From: Lepidodermella squamata
Lineage: Eukaryota; Animalia; Gastrotricha
Length of the DNA stretch: 64,000 nucleotides
NCBI GenBank assembly: GCA_047495785.1
Contig: JBLDXI010000024.1
Span: 3,720,001 to 3,784,000, forward strand
Reading direction: 5' to 3'
Below the pieces are notes generated by a model, which did no database searches, had not been told where the DNA came from, and saw only the letters and a list, made by a program, of their open reading frames with translations. Positions 26,237 to 37,642 of this stretch are shown here, piece after piece. Each line of letters opens with the position of its first letter. Position 1 is the stretch's first letter. The position numbers and the translations under genes were made by a program.

Positions 26237-26352
26237 GTTCTAGAAAATTCTCCGATGAATGCTGGTGGAATTTTCTAGAAAATTCGGATTGCTGCATTGT
26301 CTCGGATATTCTAGGATGCTTAATCTGGAATGTTCTATTCGGCTTTATATCA
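26237..26352 (+). promoter_or_regulatory. heat-shock elements and TATA-like box of HSP20 copy 1
   Basis: gTTCtaGAAaaTTCt (26237-26251) and gGAAttTTCtaGAAaaTTCg (26267-26286); TTTATAT ~26344. Confidence 0.85.
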
Positions 26353-26484
26353 CGCCAACTCCAACAAGTCTCTGTGTATCTGCAAAGCCTGAACAAGCAA
26401 ATTTGAAATCGATTATCAACTCTCTTTCAAGTTTCATCTCTTATTCGCTGTTGTTTATTATCGTTCTGTTTCCGAGCAATTAAA

Positions 26485-27111
26485 ATGAGCTTCTGGCTAA
26501 CGAGCTACTCTCGCCCAACCGTTTTCGACTGGCCGTCGCTGGTCTGTGATGACCACCTGGCCGACTTGGCGCTGTCGAATTTCCTCGACTACGACCGTTC
26601 GTTCGAGGCCCTCGGCCACGAGATGAACCGCCTGCGCCGCAACATGGACCGCAATTTCCGCGCCTCGCAGCAGCAACTGGCGAGCGCCCTCAACAACATC
26701 GCGACGCGGCCGGGCAGTCTGCTGGAGCACCGCAGCCTGGTGAACCCGATCGAGACGGACGCGGAGGGCAACCGGCGGCTGAAGTGCACCTTCGACCTGC
26801 GGCACTTCAAGCCCGAGGAGGTGAACGTGACGCTGGACTCGAAGCAGCGCTGCATCAAGGTCGAGGCGAGCCACGAGACCAAGGACGAGCAGAACCGGGC
26901 GAGCGTGAAGCGCCACTACCTGCGCCACCTGTACCTGCCCGACGACGCCAGCATCGACCCGGCCAAGCTGGAGCTGCAGTCGAGCATGAGCCACGACGGC
27001 CAGCTCCGCATCGAGGCCCCGCTGCCGAAACTGCCGCCACCCAAGGTTGAAGCACCCCCGCAGCAGCCAGCCATTGCCGCTCCGACCCCGATCACTGTAA
27101 ATCGCATCTAA
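26485..27111 (+). CDS. small heat-shock protein (alpha-crystallin/HSP20), copy 1, intronless
   Basis: FDLRHFKPEEVNV...IKVEASHE...RHLYLPD...SSMSHDGQLRIEAPLP; C-terminal ITV (IXI/V) motif; upstream HSEs. Confidence 0.93.
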   Translation: MSFWLTSYSRPTVFDWPSLVCDDHLADLALSNFLDYDRSFEALGHEMNRLRRNMDRNFRASQQQLASALNNIATRPGSLLEHRSLVNPIETDAEGNRRLKCTFDLRHFKPEEVNVTLDSKQRCIKVEASHETKDEQNRASVKRHYLRHLYLPDDASIDPAKLELQSSMSHDGQLRIEAPLPKLPPPKVEAPPQQPAIAAPTPITVNRI

Positions 27112-27720
27112 AATAGCGGCGAAATTAAAATTGGACTTGACATTTTCTAGTGCTTGTTATCATCTCTCCGATATAAGCTCCCAGTGCTATGCGCTGTATC
27201 AATCAGTCATTTGTGATTCTAATTTCCAATAAAATAGGCTACTTGAAATCGTCAGGATTTTTTCTCTTCTGTTGGAATTGTTGTTGGGATTGCTGGTGGG
27301 AATTCCTCATAGCTTAAAACTTCTAAGTCTTTGCGGGTCGATATTTCTAATATGTATTTCTAATATATATTGATCACGAAACACGGTTCCAACGCGATTT
27401 TTTTAAATCAAACTAAGCGAATTCTTGTTGCAATTGAGTCAATGCTTGGTAACTCAGCCCGGGAAATTGTCATTTGACGCAAATACGTATAATGTCTGGC
27501 TTCTGGGAAGGCTTCTGGCTCTTAGCTGAAAATTGGCCGATTTCTTTGAAAACTTGCGTCGAAGTTTATGAAATTTAGCCAAGCCGCTATTTCAGTTGAA
27601 TTTTGAGCGGAAAGTATAAAAAAACCATGTAAATCACGGAGATTGCTTACTTAACTCATCAGTTTCAAAATATTTTTTTTCAATTTTAAATTTTCGTATA
27701 CGACATATATGTCGGAATGT

Positions 27721-28121
27721 CTATTCGTACATATTATGTACGCGACAATTGCTATTCGTACATAGTTTCGATATGCTTTTTTCTAAGATGAACGACTTGC
27801 TCAATTTCCATCCCATTAATCAAATTTTTTGTGCGCTGCTAGCTGGCCATTAGGCCTAATTTCTCCCTTCAAAAAATCACCCTATGGTTGAGTCGCAAAA
27901 TGGCATTTGAATTGTTTTTCACGACTCTAGCGTGAATACTTTGGAAGATAGTCTGACGAAATTTGACCACTAGATGGGCCTCACTTTGCTGCATCTACCT
28001 GTGAAATTCACTGTTATCATCGGCTAATGACGAATTTCCACACCCGTTTGAATAACTCTGAAAAATCGCGAAAAACTATGTACGATTAGCAATTTTCGCG
28101 TACATAGTTATGTACGAATAG
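27721..28121. mobile_element. MITE-like element with ~48-bp imperfect TIRs
   Basis: CTATTCGTACATATTATGTACGCGACAATTGCTATTCGTACATAGTTT (27721-27768) is mirrored at ~28074-28121. Confidence 0.6.
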
Positions 28122-28300
28122 CTTGACTCTTATTTTTTTTAATTAAATGAATAAAAAATTATAGTATTCCGGTATTACTATACTACTAAAATAAATAAAA
28201 TGAAAAATTTGAAAAAAGTTTATATTAAAAATAGAAATAATATTATCAGCAAACTATTTTTATATTACTTTGTATAAATTTATTATCAAAATGGAAAAAC

Positions 28301-28762
28301 CTTTTTTTGGCAGCAAAAATCTCTTTTTGGCAGCAGAATCCTCTTTTCGGCAGAAAGTACTTTTTTGGCAGCAAAGACTTTTTCAATTGCCATAGTGGCC
28401 AAACCGTGAGGGTCACTATGGATCATCATATATCAATCGATTGCTGTTATCAAGGGCTATCGATTGGTGTCCGATCGAATTCCGCGCGGAACTTTTGGCA
28501 ATACGATTTTTGCCTTCGAACTTGAAAAATGCGCAATATTCGCGTTTTTTGGCCAAAACGTGACCCTAAATGTGCCGTGTGGACTTCGATCGGACACCAA
28601 TCGATAACCCTTGATTACAGCAATCGATTGATATATGATGATCCATAGTGACCCTCACGGTTTGGCCACTATGGCAATTGAAAAAGTCTTTGCTGCCAAA
28701 AAAGTACTTTCTGCCGAAAAGAGGATTCTGCTGCCAAAAAGAGATTTTTGCTGCCGAAAAAA
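28301..28762. mobile_element. foldback/MITE-like palindromic element
   Basis: ~190-bp near-perfect inverted arms (28301-~28495 and ~28567-28762) with ~19-bp TTTTGGCAGCAAA subrepeats. Confidence 0.75.
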
Positions 28763-29285
28763 GCATGGTCCATCAAAATATTTTTGTAAATGAATAAGCT
28801 GATTTGTGTTGATGACATGGCAGTTTAATTTCGTCATTTCTTCTACATTAGCGAGGATTTCGTCATCATACCTAATATAAATGCCCATGAATATATAACA
28901 CTCTTTTACCCGTGCTGTAGCTTTATAACATTGAGAATTTTCCATATTAATATAGTTATATAGATAATTTTTATGGGAGTTTGTCCGCACACCCTACAAC
29001 CACACACGTTTCTAATAAAAAGCACTTATCAATGAGAATAACCTGAATTTTTTTCAGTTATAGGTATTGAAACTTTCGTAATAGATAAAAACACTTTCGC
29101 AAGAACTTTGCAAAATGATAAAAAACATTTTTATTTCCAAACATATTTCATTTCCGACCCATCGTTCAAGTTAAAAACATTACCAGTTTTGACAAGGTTT
29201 CAAATGTTATATTTACAGAGGGGGTGCTTCTTTACAGGGTGAAAATCTCGACGAGCTCAAGGCAACAAAACAAAGAAAATAAAAA

Positions 29286-30462
29286 TTATTTCAAAAGTTC
29301 TATCAGCTTTTCTCGTGGTGGTACTTTGGTAAGATTGTGCCGAATAACTAGCCCAATAGCCGGAGTAGCAGGAACAAGAAAACGTTTTCCATTCTGAAGC
29401 ACCTCGCGCAAGACCGTATCCGGATCGGAGCGCATAATATTTTCTGGCAGGGTGACAGACGCTACTTTCAACGTGCTTTTATCCAGCAGTTTCAGAATTT
29501 CCGTTGTATGAGGATACGTTCGCTTGGCATCGTCCACGGTTTTGATTGCATGTTCAATCTGACCCTCCAAAGTCTCCCAAACGCTATCTTCTAGCGTCTT
29601 CTTTCCTGCATCCGTCAACTTGCCATTGTGATCTCTTTCCGCGAGTGAATAGTTTAAGACAATATTCTCGTTTAGAAGTGGGAAGCCTCCAAGCACTGAC
29701 CATACTGTCGACTTCAAGCCTACAGCATCTAGATCAGTGAATAGAACCTGAAATTCGGGAACCCTCCATAGTTGGTCTTGATTATACGGCTCAACATTTA
29801 TCACATCCTGTCTCCCTGTACTCAATAGTCCTGGGTCAACAGCATTTGGAGCGCCATCCACAATGACGCGAAGCCCATAATTTTCTGTAAGGGTACGAAC
29901 GGCTCCAGTCAGCTCGGCGCAAGGATTCTTTGCAACTTCTCCCCTTTCACTTGGACGAATCACAAGTAATGGCGATATTCCGGTCAAGCGCTTGAATAGG
30001 TTAATCGCCCACAAAGCGCGATATTCAAGATAAAAGTATGGAAATTTCGTGACTTCACACAATGCCTCGTAAATAATCTCCTTCTCACCAGTACCCGCAG
30101 GAATCTGTAACAAATAAAATCAACAAAAATTTTCACAAATCTCTAACAATATTGCTTACTCTGCATTCAACTACTCCACGTTTATTGCTAGTAAACGTGT
30201 CTATCAAACACGACTTCCCAACACCTCTGGCTCCAGTAATAACGATGTATCTTTGATGGCCCCAGGAATAGTTTTGAAGCCGTTCAAGTTCTTCTGTCCT
30301 AATAGAGCGCGGACGCAGATCAGGAGACTTCAACAGCAGACCAAGTGTGGACAGCGAAGAGAAGCCAGCTATTCCTACAACGCTTCCAACAGCCCATTTT
30401 ATAGATGGTCGCTGAAAGACTCGTGCCATCGGTATCCAATATTGTCGCAGTTTCTTAAGCAT
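29286..30462 (-). CDS. uncharacterised P-loop NTPase with an N-terminal hydrophobic segment (2+ exons)
   Basis: Walker A YIVITGARGVGKS; intron 30105-30159; Walker B-like RVIVDG; VWSVLGGFP. Confidence 0.65.
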
Positions 30463-31124
30463 AAATTCAGCATAATCAGCTCTATAGGAAGCGAAATGGA
30501 GAGTACAGGAGAGTATTTCTCTTCAATACATCAATATGTATGTCGTACCGTTTTAAGCGATCCTCCCAAAAGGTAATTAGTATAACCCATGAGGCAATAT
30601 GCCCAAGATGGAGATTTCAGATATCGCTAAGGACAATAATTGACAGTATCTTGGAAGTCCAAATATTTCCTCCTGTAGCCTAAAAAGGTTGCTCACTGAT
30701 TAAATTCCAAACTCAGTGGGTTGATAGAGATATAATAAAGCTTTCCCGAAGTTCAAGCGCCAAAAACCGACTAATAGAATTTCGTCATCTGAAGCAATTG
30801 ATCAGTCTAAAAAGTTAACCCAACCCCCTAGTTCACATAGATCGGATTTCATGGAAGTTGAAAGAGTCTCTAGGATCAACTTCCGTGGAAAGAAGGAAGA
30901 AGGCATGGAAAAGTCGGTGAATGCAATGAAAAAGCCTTTCAACATCGTGATAATATTTTATTGCCGTTGAAACGCTGTAAAAAAATTCAGAAAAAAATCA
31001 CAAGCTACGTTTGCTCGCGATATTTTTCGTGAGATTCATGCATAGATAAAAAGCCAGCAGTTTTTGAGAGAAAAACATCGAATTGCTATAAAAAATTGAG
31101 ATATCAGCAGGTCAAAACGCAATT

Positions 31125-33335
31125 TCACCGGGTCGCATAATCGAAGACAAAAGTCGCTAAGCAGACAGCATGGCCAAACCAGTTCAGCCGCGACCACGTG
31201 GCCATCAAATGGCGAAAACTGTAGCCCTCAGCCTCGCTGCCACTCTCGCTATCGCCGCCAAAACACGCCGTGGCATATGCGAATAGCAAAACGGCGTAAA
31301 ATGCGAAAGAAACGTTAACACACCGCACGGCGGGGTGGTCTAAATCGTACTTGTGGTGACAAATCGCGTCCTTGTCATCGTCCTCGCACGGCTTCGAGCC
31401 GACACAAGCGTCAAAAATTTTAGCAAGTCTCGCTCGAAATCGAAATTCAACAAAGGTGAACACGCCGATTGACAGCAGGACAAATGCGATTTGCGAGTTG
31501 AAGCCGTGAAGTAAAGCTGAGGCCGTGTAGGTCGATAGAATACCAGCTAAAGGGCCGTAATAGCGGTACATCGGCCGGAAAACGTAGCGTCTAAGCCATG
31601 TATGCATAGGGATGGACCAGGCTATGACTAGTTGCGTTAAAGAATGCGGGCATAGCACGTCGAACGGCTTTGAAACGACTAAATAAGGCGAGGGCGATTC
31701 AAGTCGCGGTTGGTCCAGGGTGACTGATCGCATTCCGCCGCTTGTTGCAATGACGGTTGACAGGTAAGAGACGAAAAAGTGGCTTAGGATGAACGAATAC
31801 GAGTCCCGAACGGCGATTAATTGCCTAGAAAATACAAACAAAAAGCTAAAATAAGATTTTTCAAATTATCAAGTCATTTAAATGTTCGCACGTATTCCCT
31901 GCTCAAAATATGAGCTTCAAAAAAACGTATTTTCCCAATCCGTAAAATATCGAAGGTTTCATTTTTTTCCTAATTAGGCCAGAATAGCTCCTAGTTTGGC
32001 TTCTTTTTAGTTATATCCGATAACTTTCGGATCGATTGCTAGCTCCCCTTTTGCGTTTTTCCATCCCCGACTCGATTGATTGCGATTGATTTCATTCGAG
32101 TATAAGACGGCCGCTCGATCTGCTAAATCTCGGAACTTCCAAGATACTTGCAAGAATTGCAAGATACTGCCATGGCTGCCGTGCTGCCTGTTTCTGCCAA
32201 GGACCGCCATTCATATTCGATCCCAAAGATTAATTCGAGTTAGATACACCCATCTCAAATAAGAAGGAAAAGATCGCAAATTTTGTGCAGAAAAATCTCG
32301 TTGAAAGCCTTGGGTGTCCACTGTTTCTATATGAAATTTTGCATTAACATTGAAATTTAAAAAGTCATCCCTAAATTCTTCCGAAAAAGCTTCGAAAAAT
32401 GCTGGTAATTTGCATTTTTTGCGATTTTTTTACTCACCTTGGCAAATTTTCATCGCTAAATAAAATTCCATTGAGGGCGCACGTTGAACACAGCAGGCAA
32501 ACAGCGCCGTAGAAACAATTTTTTGCAACATGAAGCCATTGTCTGAAGTCCTATTTCAGTAAAATTTAAATGAGAAAAAATGCAGGTGCGAAAATTAAAC
32601 TAACGATTCTCGCATTTTGCACCGAGGCTGAGAACGCACTGTAAGACATCCACGGCCCGTAGATGGCCGTTGCTGGACTAGCGCAATAGGCTAGAAATTC
32701 GAAAATATTCAAATCGGTGCTGGATTTCGGCTTTTTATCGTCATTTTTCTCCGTTGGATCATCGCCTAATAGCGAGATCAATTTCATTGCTAATATCATG
32801 TGACAGCCACGAATCGAATGCCAGAATTCGGCTTCGAATAAAACAAATTCCCTGGTACAAAAAAATCGTTGATTAAATCGAAAAATGATGAGAATTATTA
32901 TTACGGTAAACAAGTAGCGGAAGCAATAAATCCAAGACAAATTTGATTTTTTATCGGCATTTTCCGCGAAATTCGGTGCAAAACGTAAAAAATCAATGCC
33001 TCGCCGACTAGGGTGACTACAGGTATGACACTATCGAAATGCACATAAATCGCAGTGGCGCCGAGTAGAAAATGCGCCAGAAAAACCATAGGAGCGCAGA
33101 TTTTCAGGAGGAAAACAGCGATTAGGTGGCTTTGAAATGCGACAAGAACTGCAAATCGAACTGAAATCGCCGTTTGCAGTAGAACGTCGCTTGAACACGA
33201 TTTCAAAAGGTCGAACCGATCGGTCCAAGTCACTTGGTATTCCTCGAATTCGCCGCCTTGAATCAAATCATCATACTCGCCGTAATCGTCGAGCATCGTG
33301 TCATAATCGCTCAGAGCTAGGCCTTCAAACTCCAT
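31125..33335 (-). CDS. PORCN: porcupine Wnt O-acyltransferase (MBOAT), multi-exon
   Basis: WHSIRGCHMILAMKLISL, AIYGPWMSY, LSHFFVSYLS, VIAWSIPMHTWLRRYVF, TYTASALLHG (catalytic His). Confidence 0.92.
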
Positions 33336-34207
33336 TTTATTCAAAGGCCTAAAATCATTGAAAATGTTATTTCAATTCCTGATTAATAATGAAAAAAATC
33401 ATTTCTAGGACTAATGCTATTTCTATAACTAAAATAAAACGCAAGTTGCTACCATCCGAAACCAGTTTTATTTCACATTTTTTTACGTCGACGTTTTATA
33501 ATTTTTCTTTGCGATATATATATAGCGACTTTCATAAAACAACAGCAGTTTTCTTCTCCAATTTTTCTACGAACAAGAATGACACGAGAAGAAGCGGCGG
33601 CAATAAATTTAACAAATCACGGCCTCCAACAGGATACGTTTTTATAGTAAGGCCTAATAATAATAATAATTGAATGTCACAAAATATGTTAGTGAATGAA
33701 TAATTTATTCACCTACTAAATTATTCGAAAGAGTTGAGGAAAGTTTGTCAGTCATTTCATATTATAGAGCAAAGACATTGTGGTGGAGAGAAATAACGAC
33801 GCTATCCAGGTAGTCAGAGATAATGCGCACAACAACAACATGTTTCACGTTCAATTATTATTAAAAACACAGCCTTTATTTACAACGATATTTCTGTCGT
33901 ATAGATCACAAAATTTGGGCCGGGAAATAAATTAAGAAGGATTTCAGACTCACGAAATGCGTTTTATTCGTTACGTCTTACACACGCACACCGAAACAAT
34001 ATTGCGCAAATAAATCAATGACAAATTTCCGCGTAAAACAAAAGAGGAATTAGCACGGTGTTGATTGTTACTCAGGAGTTTTCGGGTTCTAACAATATCG
34101 TCTGTTTTTGGCACCGAAAATTAAGACAAATTGACATGGACGAATTGAAGTGAAATTCATCATCATTTTTGGCTAACCAAGTTATGCGAAATCAAGATCT
34201 TCATGAA

Positions 34208-35647
34208 TCAAAGCTCGTTGTAGTAGTTGTGTTTATGCTTGCTTGGACTCGCCGCGTGGTCGTCTTGCACAGATTCAGGCTGGTTATATTCGGCATTGAG
34301 AATGTGGGCGAAAACTTCGAGTTCACGAATGCTTGTCGAAAGACGGCCGATTGCGTTGAATAACGCCACAACTTCTTGCCGGCGCAACTGCGGCAGCGGT
34401 TGATCGTCCGGCCAGAATAGAATTTTCAACGCTGTGCCTAAGCCATGAGTTTGCAACGTTCCCCATAACTTGCATTTATCACATCCTACGCAGCCCATAA
34501 TTCTCGAGATATTACGGAATTTTTCCCGAAATTCGTCTCGCAACTTGATTCTAACGATATTGCCATCTAGATGAGCCAGTGTTCCAAGAGATGAAAACAA
34601 CTCCCTCTCGTCGAAATGCTGCGGAAATCCTCGAACCACATTTAGCAGATCTTTGACGCCCTGTCTGACTTCTTCGTCACTATCATCATCGCCAGTAAAA
34701 AACGCTTCTTTCTCCTCAAGATAAGGCGCAATTTTAGCCAAAGCGCGTAACTCAACAAGATAGAGGAAATATAGATTTCGCAGGCGAGAAGCTCCATGTC
34801 CGCCAGTCAACAAATTGTCGAAACGTCGCTTGAATTCTTCGAAGTTGGGGCCCCATGCCGATGGGCCGGAATTCAGAATGTCGCTAGTATCTGCGATTTT
34901 GTTGTAATACTTTGCGCAAAGATGAACTGTGATAGACGTGTGAAGACCAGATAATAATCGGTAAAATACTCGCTGCTCCAGACAGAGGTGATCCAAATCA
35001 TTCGTCCAGTAAAAAAAGTCACGCTCGCTTTTAAAACAGTTCTCGGAATATATTGCGCGCCATATCCGGTGGGCAGAAGGGCCCTTATAGCCAGTGAACC
35101 GCTCCGGATTAAGAGTTAAATCTACGAATTCGCCCTCGCCGGTATCGTTTGCTTCTTCCATTTCACAGAAATCATAGAGAGCTTCATCATACGCGCGCCA
35201 CGATCGGAATGCTTCAACTTGAGCAGGTTCTAAGGTTGTGTCGATTTCGCTCAGTATATCATGAATTTCAGGGTTCGCCGACGACTTTTGCGGTGGCGGT
35301 GCCGAGCATTGTTCGCCAGAATTTTTGTCGCTTTCGACCAAAATGCCTTTCGGAAGATCTTTCGCAGCGCAAGGTTTTACTTGACAGGACTGGGAGGCAC
35401 ACGCGCCGTCATCAGGCCAAAAGGGGCAAGGCTTTTTCATATTTATGCGATAAAACCGGAAATAGTTCGAGTTTAGAAGACTAGCAAGGCGAGGATAAAA
35501 TTTGAGATTGTTGAAAGCATCCACGCCATCAACGGAGCAGGTCTCGCAGTCGTCGATCGGACCACGCCATGTTCCTGTACAGAAAGTTATCAGTACTGCA
35601 GCTATGAACCATGTGGAATCGCCAAAGAGGCGTTTAAGCGGTCTCAT
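34208..35647 (-). CDS. ERO1: ER oxidoreductin 1
   Basis: YFRFYRINMKKPCPFWPDD, VDLTLNPERFTGYKG, NISRIMGCVGCDKCKLWG (CxxCxxC). Confidence 0.96.
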   Translation of the reverse strand: MRPLKRLFGDSTWFIAAVLITFCTGTWRGPIDDCETCSVDGVDAFNNLKFYPRLASLLNSNYFRFYRINMKKPCPFWPDDGACASQSCQVKPCAAKDLPKGILVESDKNSGEQCSAPPPQKSSANPEIHDILSEIDTTLEPAQVEAFRSWRAYDEALYDFCEMEEANDTGEGEFVDLTLNPERFTGYKGPSAHRIWRAIYSENCFKSERDFFYWTNDLDHLCLEQRVFYRLLSGLHTSITVHLCAKYYNKIADTSDILNSGPSAWGPNFEEFKRRFDNLLTGGHGASRLRNLYFLYLVELRALAKIAPYLEEKEAFFTGDDDSDEEVRQGVKDLLNVVRGFPQHFDERELFSSLGTLAHLDGNIVRIKLRDEFREKFRNISRIMGCVGCDKCKLWGTLQTHGLGTALKILFWPDDQPLPQLRRQEVVALFNAIGRLSTSIRELEVFAHILNAEYNQPESVQDDHAASPSKHKHNYYNEL

Positions 35648-36471
35648 TGTGCAAAACCTATCTCATGCGAAGGTAACGCTCTACTTTAACTTTGTAATGA
35701 AATGCTATATTAAAAAAGAAGAAGTAAGAGCCACTAAAAAAGAAATAAATAAAGGCAATAAAGAATAAAGAGCACTATGAGTTGAAAAACCTCCAAGTAA
35801 CCAACATTACCAAAGTTCCAAGTTTACTTCGAAGTAACTAGTGGCACAATGTATGTACGTAATACGTTAATGTTAAACTAAAAATACAAGCATCACCACC
35901 ACAGCAAGCTCAAAAACTTCCACTGAGCTTCTCCGATCAGCTCGTCAACGTTTCCAAACGGGAAACAGGAAACAACAGTGACGGAAACGAGTTGTTTTCT
36001 CGAAGCGCTTGATTTTGCCGACGTGTCGCTATCTCGACTTTTCCCGGCAAAATCGCAATCTTCACAAATTTGTTAAAGATAATCCCAAATAATTCTTAAC
36101 TCTTTTTCAAATGATATACAGTGCGCACAAAAAGTCAGGTCCCATCCTGTTTTCCGCTGCAGCGAGAGCTACCGCTCAGAAATTAAAATAAATTAAAAAA
36201 TTGAGAGAAAATATGAATTCCGTTGCGAAATTTGAAAAATAAATGCACAGAAAAACATGACGCTAAAACCCTCAATCCAGGTTGAGCGGGGAAAGTTGTG
36301 AAGTAAGGGATTCTTTGTTTTGGATTATCTCGAAATCTAGGACGGTTGCACCCCAGGATTTCTCGAATCTACCAGTCGTCAGGTTTCGAAGAATCCGATT
36401 TAATAACAGAATACACATGTTACCGTCTTCAATTCTGATATACATACCCTTGAAATAGAGCACTTTCTGCA

Positions 36472-36727
36472 AAAAAACGACATTTTCCACTGGATTTGAA
36501 CATAATTTTTACTTTCCCTCAGATCCAAGCACGGTAACCACATAGTTTTTTTAGCATGCCTTAAAGGTTGAAACTCCGCGAGTATTTTTGAACCAAAAAT
36601 ACTCGCGGAGTTTCAACCTTTAAGGCATGCTAAAAAACTATGTGGTTACCGTGCATTGGATCCTGCAGCCAGGCCAAAGTAAAAATTAATTTGATCCCAA
36701 TTCAAAGTGGAAACTATGTCCGTTTTA
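36472..36727. repeat. long palindrome/hairpin inside the DD41D element
   Basis: Core arms 36529-36590 and 36594-36654 pair with a single T bulge and a 3-nt loop; imperfect pairing extends outward. Confidence 0.9.
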
Positions 36728-36812
36728 TTTGCGTGCTTTAAAGAATCGAGATATGAGATTAGTTTTTCGTAAAGAAATCCATAAGGTTCCGTGTTCTTTT
36801 TCTAGATTCACC

Positions 36813-37460
36813 ATGTCTTCGCCCAGCTCTGCCAGTTCTGATCTTCAGGACGAAATTAACTGCAAAGTCTACGATATTTGCCGGAAACCCGCGCCTTCCT
36901 CAATCTTTTCGACACCATATATTTTTTACTTCTTCTCCGACTTCTTCTCGTTTTCTCTGACATCGTCCTTGATCATTTTAATGTTCTGCGTCCTCAAGAT
37001 CACGTCTTTCGCCCTGTATGGTAAATTTTTCAGTCTCATCTTTTGCATCATTCGACTTGTTTTAATCCTGGCTTTGTTGCTTTATTTTAGTGGATTTTCT
37101 TTTCTTCTTGGATTTTTGTTTCTTGCCATTGATTTTCATCCGTTTTTTCTTCATATTTTTACTCAGTCAAAGCATTATTGCGCTCTGCTGATGAAATTTC
37201 CTCCTTCTACGGATAAACCTATCTCGCTTGCCGAATTTGATCGCCTTTCAATAGATTACACGAATTCGGAGTTGCAAAAGCTGAGAAATTACGTCATGAG
37301 TCCCCAATGCAATCAATGGAACCTCGTTCTGCGCCTTCGCAATGCAACACAGTTCGCATATGCTATCGATAACAATGAGATGAGGGACTGCAACTTTATG
37401 CCCGAAGTCGGTGATGAGAAATCTGAGGCTGACAGCATTAGCTCACTTGATTCGGATTGA
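36813..37460 (+). CDS. transposon cargo: truncated NEMP/TMEM194-like inner nuclear membrane protein (215 aa)
   Basis: Several hydrophobic segments followed by KFPPSTDKPISLAEFDRLSIDYTNSELQKLRNYVMSPQCNQWNLVLRLRNATQFA, matching the recalled NEMP motif FPP..LL.EEEY....ET..AL.ELR.YC.SP.C..W..V.RL..P.RFA; acidic tail. Confidence 0.75.
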   Translation: MSSPSSASSDLQDEINCKVYDICRKPAPSSIFSTPYIFYFFSDFFSFSLTSSLIILMFCVLKITSFALYGKFFSLIFCIIRLVLILALLLYFSGFSFLLGFLFLAIDFHPFFLHIFTQSKHYCALLMKFPPSTDKPISLAEFDRLSIDYTNSELQKLRNYVMSPQCNQWNLVLRLRNATQFAYAIDNNEMRDCNFMPEVGDEKSEADSISSLDSD

Positions 37461-37642
37461 GAACTTATGCCGTAATTTCTCTACTCACAACTCCGAACTA
37501 GTCTAATCTATTGCGAGACTTTCAATTAGGCATTTAACTTTGTTCTCTTCATCTCCATTTTTCATGTCCCTAATCTGTAATTGTGTAACTACGAAAATGA
37601 AATTTTTACTAATTTTCAGTCTTTTGTTTTATAGATATTATT

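Noticed and set aside
26497-27107. Long antisense/alternate-frame ORFs over both HSP20 genes
   Set aside because: Explained by extreme GC3 depleting stop codons.
28301-28385. Short tandem repeats superficially like a CRISPR array
   Set aside because: No unique spacers, eukaryotic context, and part of a foldback arm.
37021-37090. GT...AG 70-nt candidate intron in the NEMP-like ORF
   Set aside because: Removing it shifts the frame to a stop before the conserved motif; the unspliced frame is open.
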